Source: Epithemia pelagica (taxonomy: Eukaryota > Protista > Bacillariophyta). From it: DNA of 64,000 bases. Where the stretch lies: assembly GCA_946965045.2 (NCBI GenBank), contig OX337228.1, positions 3,100,001 to 3,164,000 of the forward strand, written 5' to 3'. Position 1 is the first letter of the stretch, and the number at the start of each line of letters is the position of its first letter. A program made the position numbers and the translations under genes. The notes beneath the pieces are model-generated. The model ran no database searches. It was given only the letters and a program-made list of their open reading frames with translations, and had not been told where the DNA came from. Below, one piece after another: positions 56,343-64,000 of this stretch.

Positions 56343-56513
56343 AGTAAAAGAGAAACTTTGGATTGTTGTATGAAGTATATGTCCTATAGTTTATATCTTT
56401 ATAGCAGCAGCTTATGCGCTTGTAGTCTTGAGCCGAATGATAGAGCCTTGCATGAACGATCGAAAAACAAAACAGGTAGACAAGAGCGCATTCCATGGAT
56501 AACAGAAAGACCT

Positions 56514-57679
56514 TCAATCCACCTCATCGGCAATGATCACTGGGTCATCTTTGATAATACTGACAGGAGAAGTGTTTCTTGTCGATTTGATGCTGCGGTT
56601 CTTCAAGGAACCGGATTTCGCTTTCATAATGAGTTGCGGGAGATCTTGGCGATCTTCTTCCGCAGACGCATACATGGCGCGAAGGTAAAAATATTCTAAG
56701 CACTGCATGGATCCCATTTGGTGCACGTAAACTCCTCGGTGATGAAGTTCCGCCAGTGGACTTTGATACAAGTCAGGGGATTCAATCATTGATTCCTGGT
56801 GTAAACTCAAAGAGAGAGCTCCCATTGCAATCACCGAAGGAAGAAAACGAACCCAAACATAGTCCGATACAGTCGCTCGAAGTGATGCCATTGTGGAGGC
56901 TTCCACTCGTCGCAAAATTTCTTTCGGGTAAACCTTAGACAACACTTGTATGTACAAGTGTGCAAAGGTTTCTGCCGACGGAGGATGAACCTGCCAGTTC
57001 AATCCCCTGATAATCTTCATCTCTGCCTCCTCGACTTGGGCTACGGTAAATTTGGATCGACTGAGGCGAACAAAAATATGTGGCGCCGGACGTTCCAAGG
57101 TTGTAAGTTTGAGAGCCAAATATAAGGATGTGAGGGTCAACAAATGAAGAGTATCCATGGTCCGTTCTTCAGGGGGAACATAGAGGCCCAAGTATCGGTC
57201 CATAATATTCATGGTGACTTCCACCGAGAGCATCGGGAAGTTGTAATAATTCACAACTGTTCCAAACAATTAAAGATACCTTTTGAGTCTCCACACCAGA
57301 TGACCTCAATAAGTATCTTTAATCTTTAGCTCACAACAAAAGGCTTACCTTCGATCGCCCATTCACACAACCGAGCTCGATGATGCTCACTAAAGCCAGA
57401 GCTTCGAGGTGAATCTTTGGAATTTACAGAGGCATTCTTTCGTGTTTTGCTCTGCTTGGTACGACGAGAATACGCCGATAAACAACTCTTAGTTGACAGA
57501 TGACGTTCCGGACTTTCCTCATCTCGAGGAACGACAGGCAGGTCGGAATTATCGGGAAAACAACCAATATAGTCTTCCCTGGCGTACTTGACTTCCCGAT
57601 GCAACAACATTTTTAGTTGATCAAGAAGATCTTCGTCATGAAAAGCCGATGATGAAGATTCTGTCGAAGCCGTCGTCAT
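56514..57679 (-). CDS. Cyclin (diatom-specific cyclin-like); intron 57257-57348
   Basis: RARLCEWAIE|VVNYY...MNIMDRYL; LTSLYLALKL; E.E..I..L.W.VHPP. An upstream ATG at 57757 is possible. Confidence 0.88.
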
Positions 57680-59071
57680 GGTCAATGTCGTCCAACTGCG
57701 TTCCTCGTGTCCCTCGAGTCTTTGCCTCTTTCCGGAGAAGTGGGGTTGGTTCGCCATTAAGAATTATGGGCATTGGATCCCCACAACGGAGAACCTCTCT
57801 CTTTGCAAGGAGTTTATGTGTGCTTATCCACGCTCAGGACTGTTGTGGATTTGCTCTCGGGAAGAGGAGGAGAAGCGAAGCGTAAACATATGGCGCGAAG
57901 CAGGTTCCGGGGGAATGATTGTACGTCTACACTAAAATGCGAAAAATTTCGCCATTGATATGGACTCTCACGATTTGTATGAACTTTTCATGTGGCTCTC
58001 CTCTAAGTAAACCACTCGTGCTTTTTCTTGGTCATGTTTCAACGCATAGATGCCACGAAGTCACATTATGTACGAGCAGATGGAACCATGACCAAAAAAC
58101 TTTTTTCATGCATTATACTATTGCCTCACATCGAGGGTATTGTGTGGCGCACTTCGATAGCAAAATGAATTAGAATACTATGGGACGGAACTGTGGATCG
58201 TGACATGTTTCGTTTCCTAATGGCGCGCCAGCCGACTAAACCTTCGTCCGTGGGAACGGAACGAGGCATTTTTCTCACGCCTTGACAACGAAGAAAGTTC
58301 ACACGAAAGTTGTGGGAGCGAATCCTTTTGACACTTGATGCACATACATGGGAAAGATCCAGTAAGAGTGGAGAAGTTAGCACGCGAAACAAGATGTCAA
58401 CTCCAGTTGTAACGGTGAAATTTCCTTGATTAATTGAATCGGTTCCGTTCGCAAAGAACAGAACAAGAGGGCAAAGAAAGAATTCGAATATCCTACATCA
58501 TCCGCTGACATCATCTCTAAGATTCAAGTACGTACCACGAGTTTCCTTCTCCTTCTCATCAACAAGATCAATACGGTGAACATGGAAATGAACCAACGGT
58601 CCGATATCACGCTTCCACTACGTGTTGATAGAGACGAACGACCTGCGTACAAACCAACGGACGAGTCGCAATGATCATTCTCAAGGATCCCCAACGCATG
58701 TTGTTCTCCAATGTCGGAAAAAGAGGGAAGACATGGAGATGTGATGGAAAGGGAGTTCCATTCGTCCTCTTCTGAAGAGTGTTTCTCCGTCGATTTGCAG
58801 GAAAACCTCATTGATAGTTTCGCGTGGATGGATAGCGAGGAGACGTAGTGCTCTTCTTACGTTTCGGAGTTTCGGAGGACATTTTATTTGTGTGGACGAT
58901 GGAACGCTAGCTTGCTTGCGTTCGGGAGTATGTTCGTTTCTTGATCTCTGGTGAAAACCTTCGATGATGTAAAAGACCATACTCTAGTAGAGGACAGCAC
59001 AAACTCTGTCGTAGCCCAAAGCTTGAGGACTACGAACCGACCCCAACGTAGTGATACATCTGTCTACTACT

Positions 59072-60331
59072 CTAAAGTAAGATTTTGTATTTTTCTTTGC
59101 TCGGTACATGATGGAGTACGACTTTGCCTTCGTATCCCACCGTAGTATAAATCCAGGCATCCGCAGCTCCCCACGCACATCCATAGCAGGCATCGGAATG
59201 TTCCACCCGTGTCACCCTCCCATTGGCTGTGGAGGATTCCGAATCGAGCAAGGGTGCACTGGAGATGCTAGAAACTCTCCACAAATTGGCCATGGTATCG
59301 GTCCCTGTACTTAACACGAGTTGATCGTGAAAGGGATTGTATTGGACATTCCATATCCAATGTGAGTGGCCACCGCGACAGACCAAAATGGGTTGTTTCG
59401 AGGACCGCAAATCCCAAAAACGCAGCAAGCCGTCGGTCCCACCTGTGGCAAGGACATAGGGTTTGTTGGGATTGTAGTCGAGATCCACGACAATGGCAGA
59501 TCGGTGGGCGACAAAACTGTCCACTGTTCCCACGGGAATGGACTGATCGGAACGCCAATCAAACAAACGGACCCGACCTCGACCCTGAGTGACCGCTGCC
59601 GCCGTTCCTCCCGCATGGGGATCCCATGCCACACGAGGAGGAATGTGCAAATTTTTCGCCGACTCACTTGTGCCTTGCCCTGTTGGTGGCAATTGGGCTG
59701 TGGTTGCAGTTGTCGATGATGATGATGACGTACGAGTGCACACGGCCTTTTCAAATTCCACATCCCAGAGTTTTACTGTGCCCTGTTGATCCACCGAGAG
59801 CAGGTCTCCAGCTTCTGCGGCTCCCAGGGATGATGTAACATCGGCTTCCAGAGAGGGCTGCCTCCATGCCAAGTGCGAAATGGGGAGATCACTGTCAGAG
59901 GACAACGTCGCCAAGGAATCCATCGATGCTTTTGGAGCAGAACCCAAAGCGTCTTCCGTGTCTTCTTCTGGATCGTATCGGAGTCCATTGGTATCGTGCA
60001 TTGCATCGTAGGAGAGTTTCCACAGAGTGGCGTTGTTGTCGAGTTGTGAGGCGGTGGCTGCCAATGTGACATCCGTTGGACTCGAAGCAATGCTTTGGAT
60101 TGGACCCGTCGGATGTACAAAGGAGGCATCAATTCCCAATTCATTCACGTCGGTGTGAAAGCGGCAAGCAAAGAGTTGGTTGTTGCTGCTGCCACTCGAA
60201 GCGTCGCCGTTGGTTCCTCGAACTTGAGATGAGCCAATCAAGAAACGATTGTCCATACGATCTGCTGCCACCGGTGACACCACACGACATGGCGTGTCCA
60301 AGGACAACTCTGCAGACTGACTCGAAAACAT
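59072..60331 (-). CDS. EIPR1: WD40 protein EIPR1/TSSC1 (EARP/GARP-interacting)
   Basis: LDYNPNKPYVLATGG.DG.L.FWDLR; HSHWIWNVQYNPFHDQLVLS; WGAADAW; HVPSKEKYKILL C-terminus. Confidence 0.92.
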   Translation of the reverse strand: MFSSQSAELSLDTPCRVVSPVAADRMDNRFLIGSSQVRGTNGDASSGSSNNQLFACRFHTDVNELGIDASFVHPTGPIQSIASSPTDVTLAATASQLDNNATLWKLSYDAMHDTNGLRYDPEEDTEDALGSAPKASMDSLATLSSDSDLPISHLAWRQPSLEADVTSSLGAAEAGDLLSVDQQGTVKLWDVEFEKAVCTRTSSSSSTTATTAQLPPTGQGTSESAKNLHIPPRVAWDPHAGGTAAAVTQGRGRVRLFDWRSDQSIPVGTVDSFVAHRSAIVVDLDYNPNKPYVLATGGTDGLLRFWDLRSSKQPILVCRGGHSHWIWNVQYNPFHDQLVLSTGTDTMANLWRVSSISSAPLLDSESSTANGRVTRVEHSDACYGCAWGAADAWIYTTVGYEGKVVLHHVPSKEKYKILL

Positions 60332-60648
60332 GAGAGGGGCTCTGTTCTCTTATCGACTATGTCAACGGCGGAAAGCGTTGCGACGACACGATGAAAAGCG
60401 ACAAAGGCGAGCAAGGATACGGAGGAACCCGGAGATATCGAATCTATCTGCTCTAGAGTAGGAGTACTCCTAGCAACTCCTAGTTTTTTGTATGAGTGCT
60501 TTACCCTACCGTACTCCTATGCGTCAGGATCAGAGAAGGACAACGTTACATTGGACCAATGATATCGAATATCACAGCGTCTTTTGGTTGTTGCGTGAAG
60601 GAGGTCACAAACTTCACATCATAAAACCGGCATCCTGGGCCAGGCAGA

Positions 60649-61497
60649 TTATTCTTCCTCCGTCGTCGATGCTTGTCGTTTCAGGGCTGCTTGTTTGTAT
60701 TTATCCAATGCTTCCACAAATTCCGAATACTGCATGCCCGCCGGGGTTCGTTGACTCACGACACCAAATTCACGGCTAACGGTACGACAATGGTCACCCC
60801 AATTGCAATCGTCAAAAAACAACATTTCCTCGTAGGGAACTTGGGATTCTTGATGCAGCAATCGGAAATGGGTTCGTTTATCAGGACTTAGAGCTCCGGT
60901 TCGTCCAATTTGATCGTAGGAAATAATTTGTCGGAGCGTGACTTGAGGGGTGATTTCAATCCCTTCCAAACAGGCATAACTAAAGGACGGTTCCTCGGAA
61001 CTTGAGGCTGCGGCCAAAATGATTCCTTCGTACTTTGGGTCCGTAATCAACTCTCGAAGGACTTTGCGGGCACCAGGAAATAATCGTACCGTAGGACCGG
61101 CAGGAGGCACCTTCATTCCCACCACACCCGTCGAAGAACCATCTCCCAAGTCTCCCGTTTCCGGTATGGATGGTTTGGACCATAACGTGTACATTTCGGG
61201 ACTCCACAAACAGTCGTCCAAGTCAAAGACAATCATGGTTGGAAGCAAAGGATCTATTTTCGTCATCTTGTCCTGTTTCATAACACTTGTGGATTGTTGT
61301 TGTTCCCGTTCTGAAAGAAATCGACGCGTCGTGGTTCGTTGAACTCCAAAGAGGTTGGTTGACGGTGTTGTTGTGTATGGACGATTTTGAAAGGCTTGAG
61401 CCAAGGATGTCGTACCAAGAAGAACAAGAAATGCCGCACGTGATCCAAGAGTTCCAACAGTAAATCGGACGGATTGCCGTTTCTGTTGTTGTTGCAT
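60649..61497 (-). CDS. MDP1: Magnesium-dependent phosphatase 1 (HAD) homologue with an N-terminal targeting peptide
   Basis: IVFDLDDCLW; LFPGA; AASSS; K..HF..L...S.V.YEEMLFFDD. Confidence 0.88.
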   Translation of the reverse strand: MQQQQKRQSVRFTVGTLGSRAAFLVLLGTTSLAQAFQNRPYTTTPSTNLFGVQRTTTRRFLSEREQQQSTSVMKQDKMTKIDPLLPTMIVFDLDDCLWSPEMYTLWSKPSIPETGDLGDGSSTGVVGMKVPPAGPTVRLFPGARKVLRELITDPKYEGIILAAASSSEEPSFSYACLEGIEITPQVTLRQIISYDQIGRTGALSPDKRTHFRLLHQESQVPYEEMLFFDDCNWGDHCRTVSREFGVVSQRTPAGMQYSEFVEALDKYKQAALKRQASTTEEE

Positions 61498-61710
61498 GGT
61501 CCAAATAACTCCTCTGGTTGTGGTTGTCTGTATGGTTTTTGTCAGCAACCTGCCTCCAACTTCCAACACGATGAAGGGAGATGGAAATACAATTCATGCA
61601 AATAATACGCGACTGATTCGTAAACGCAAGCGATCTCTCCGAGTTCCACGTGTCTGTTTCTGCTCTCCCAGTATCTTTCGCAAGCCATCAGACATCAAAC
61701 GACGACGACC

Positions 61711-64000
61711 ATGGGTGAAGCTGGTCGAACTCACGTTCATGGGATCCTGAATCCATCGCGTCCCCAGCTACGCCTCGTTCGGATCCTGGTGGCGGTGCTC
61801 TTGTCTGGAGTTATATCAGGATGTCTTTCTGTGGCCGATGCATCCATTCTGCAAAGTGGAATTGCCGTTGCAGCCATTTTTGGATTTGGATCCAACGACG
61901 GAAACGACGACAATACTTTGGAAGATCGTGATAGGACGAAGGCAAGTGCCTTGACCGAACAGCAACAACCTGGCTCTCCGTTTCGTCCACCTCCACCACC
62001 CGCCGCGGATGATGGGAACCACCCATGGAACCAACCAAGGCCTCCACCACCGCCACAACGCCCACAGCAAAACCAAGACACACCGGCTGGGATGGCAGTG
62101 CCCCCACCTCCACCTGGATCTGCTGAAAATACTATTGTATGGCAGCAAGACCAACAACAACAACAACACCCAGCGGATCCCTGGATGAACTCGTCTCCAT
62201 CATCGCCCTGGAACCCGGCGGATGGATACGATCCTCAACCAGACGATGCCTTCCATTACTTGCAAAGAGATTTAGAAGCGTCCTTGCAACGTGAACATGA
62301 CTTGGCTATGCGGCTACAAAATGCTTCAGACACCTTGATCGGTATGGAACAGCGAGAAGAATTGCACGTGCGGCAGCTGGATGTATTGACGGAACGAGTC
62401 ATGGATGTCGAAGCACAGGCGGCAGAAGAACACAATCAACTACTGGAATATCAAGCCAATTGTTCGGAATTGGATTTGGAGATTGCTGAATTACAGGGAC
62501 AAGTCGATGACTGGAAGGAACGCTGTCTCCAGTCCGAAGAACGGATATCCAAGCAAACGACGGACTATACCAAGCTTGAAAAGAAACTCACCAAGGCCAA
62601 ACGGGAAGCAGAAAATCTCGCCACATTGGTCGAACGAAATCGTTTGGAAGACTTGAGAGAATCCTATCAGGACCGTAAGAAGACACAAAAGGCTTCAGGT
62701 GGTTTGTTTGGTTGGATCTTTGGACGAGTAACCACTCGGGATGATGCCGAACTGGAAAAGTTGCGTGACATGGCCAAAGCTACCTTACTTAATGCGCTTC
62801 GAACCGAACGCAAGAGCGTAGAAGAGCTGGAGGCGGCTGTATCTACGTTGGAACAGAACAATTCCATGATTGCGGTCCAAATACAGTCGCGAGATGAAAT
62901 TATTGATCAGCTCAATGAGCGCGTGGCTGTCTTTGAGGAGGATAAACTGGTCTTGAAGGCGGCACTAAAGCAGTTGCAAAAAGAAATGACCGAAGAAGCT
63001 CCCAAAACACAAAAGCTCATTCAGGACTTGGAAGAAGCACAAGCCGAGATAGAACGGCTGGAAACGGAAATGGAGCAATTGATCATCACGCAGCAAAAAG
63101 AGATAACCTCCCTAGAAGAGATCATTGCCACAAAGGAAGAAAAGATTGCTGAAACAGAAGCCAATGTGACCATGATTGGCGAGTATGTGGACAAGCTTGA
63201 AGAGCGCCTTGCGGACTTTTCCTTGGCCAAACGAGAAATTGAAAAACGGGAAGAGAATTGCCGAGATATTGAGTTGAAGAGTGAACAAGTGGAGCAGGAG
63301 TGTGTATCCATGCGCGAGCAAATGCAACGGCAAGAACGCGAACATGAGGAAGTCAAGGCCTTGTTAGGTGAATTGGTCGAGGAACGCACCAAACTCCAGA
63401 TTCAGATTGCCCAACTGTTGGCCGATAAGGAAACAGCTGACAGCGAAGTAGAGCGGCTTCGCTCCTCGGTTCAAGCCTTGCAGAGCGAAACTCTTCATCT
63501 GCAGCAGCAACTGGAAAAAGCTCCTTCTGGACAAGAGTGGGATGCGAGGGTGCATGAGTACGAAACTCGGTTGGCCACTCTAACGGAGGAGCATACCAAA
63601 ATGCAAGAAACGACCCAGACCTACCGTGACTTGATTGCCGATATGGAACAAAAGATGCAAGAAATGGCGATGACGCGACAGGAATTGCAAGCCTTGCTGG
63701 ACGATACTCAATCTACGAAAAATAGTATGGAGACACGGTTGAGTGAGGTCATTGAAGCACAACGGATGGCGGAATCGAAAGTGCAGGAACAAAGCGAACT
63801 GTATCAAGCTCAATTAGCGGAATCTCAAGCGCAAGCCGAAGCGCATGTTCAAGAACAACAAAGATCGTTAGAAATTCAACTCATGCAGGAACGACAAAGG
63901 TTTGAACAGGAACTTGTCCAGGAAAAAGAACGAGTTCACGCCTTGCTACTACTGCTGGAGGAGGAACAGCAAAAACAAAGTCAGGTAAACAGTCAAACAC
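61711..64000 (+). CDS. Long coiled-coil protein with a hydrophobic N-terminus and Pro-rich linker (3' end outside the window)
   Basis: Frame read open from ATG 61711 to the window end; E/Q/K/L heptads from about 62250. Absent from the ORF track because no stop falls in the window. Confidence 0.85.
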   Translation, partial: MGEAGRTHVHGILNPSRPQLRLVRILVAVLLSGVISGCLSVADASILQSGIAVAAIFGFGSNDGNDDNTLEDRDRTKASALTEQQQPGSPFRPPPPPAADDGNHPWNQPRPPPPPQRPQQNQDTPAGMAVPPPPPGSAENTIVWQQDQQQQQHPADPWMNSSPSSPWNPADGYDPQPDDAFHYLQRDLEASLQREHDLAMRLQNASDTLIGMEQREELHVRQLDVLTERVMDVEAQAAEEHNQLLEYQANCSELDLEIAELQGQVDDWKERCLQSEERISKQTTDYTKLEKKLTKAKREAENLATLVERNRLEDLRESYQDRKKTQKASGGLFGWIFGRVTTRDDAELEKLRDMAKATLLNALRTERKSVEELEAAVSTLEQNNSMIAVQIQSRDEIIDQLNERVAVFEEDKLVLKAALKQLQKEMTEEAPKTQKLIQDLEEAQAEIERLETEMEQLIITQQKEITSLEEIIATKEEKIAETEANVTMIGEYVDKLEERLADFSLAKREIEKREENCRDIELKSEQVEQECVSMREQMQRQEREHEEVKALLGELVEERTKLQIQIAQLLADKETADSEVERLRSSVQALQSETLHLQQQLEKAPSGQEWDARVHEYETRLATLTEEHTKMQETTQTYRDLIADMEQKMQEMAMTRQELQALLDDTQSTKNSMETRLSEVIEAQRMAESKVQEQSELYQAQLAESQAQAEAHVQEQQRSLEIQLMQERQRFEQELVQEKERVHALLLLLEEEQQKQSQVNSQT

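Noticed and set aside
58126-58980. Short minus-strand ORFs between the cyclin and EIPR1
   Set aside because: No recognisable domain or convincing splice model; a small gene cannot be excluded but is unsupported.
1-64000. CRISPR arrays, rRNA genes, prokaryotic operons or defence systems
   Set aside because: None seen; the DNA is intron-containing eukaryotic sequence and the only regular repeats are TE-associated or coding.

Overview
This is eukaryotic, gene-dense DNA with short GT-AG introns. It is most likely from a pennate diatom, inferred from the CoDi-type copia element, the diatom-style cyclin and the bipartite targeting peptides. The left 15 kb is a transposon island with three elements. 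(1) An intact, very young Ty1/copia LTR retrotransposon (1-7949, minus strand) carries an extra upstream ORF and a chromodomain-like insert, and is nested in the 3' end of a decayed hAT transposon (to 12590). (2) The hAT element is followed 78 bp later by a 2.2-kb piggyBac derivative (12669-14913) with TTAA duplications and perfect 16-bp TIRs. Its transposase is deleted, but it carries an intact passenger gene whose C-terminus aligns with the P2X7 'ballast'/nanor-like Zn/GDP-binding domain; this is the best candidate for an undescribed system. (3) A full-length but inactivated non-LTR retrotransposon (38958-46812; APE-RT-RNase H-CCHC, Ambal-like) is bounded by an 18-bp TSD and ends in a sense-strand T17 tail instead of poly(A). 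The rest of the window holds about 20 host genes: a START-like protein, a histidine phosphatase, TRAPPC11, FIP1, an SRPBCC protein, PIG-O, DDX27/DRS1, MAT1, a pseudo-receiver protein, NFU1, NCAPH2, a mitochondrial oxoglutarate/dicarboxylate carrier, an S28 peptidase, a cyclin, EIPR1, MDP1, a long coiled-coil protein and several hypotheticals. All homology calls come from motifs recognised by eye; no searches were run.
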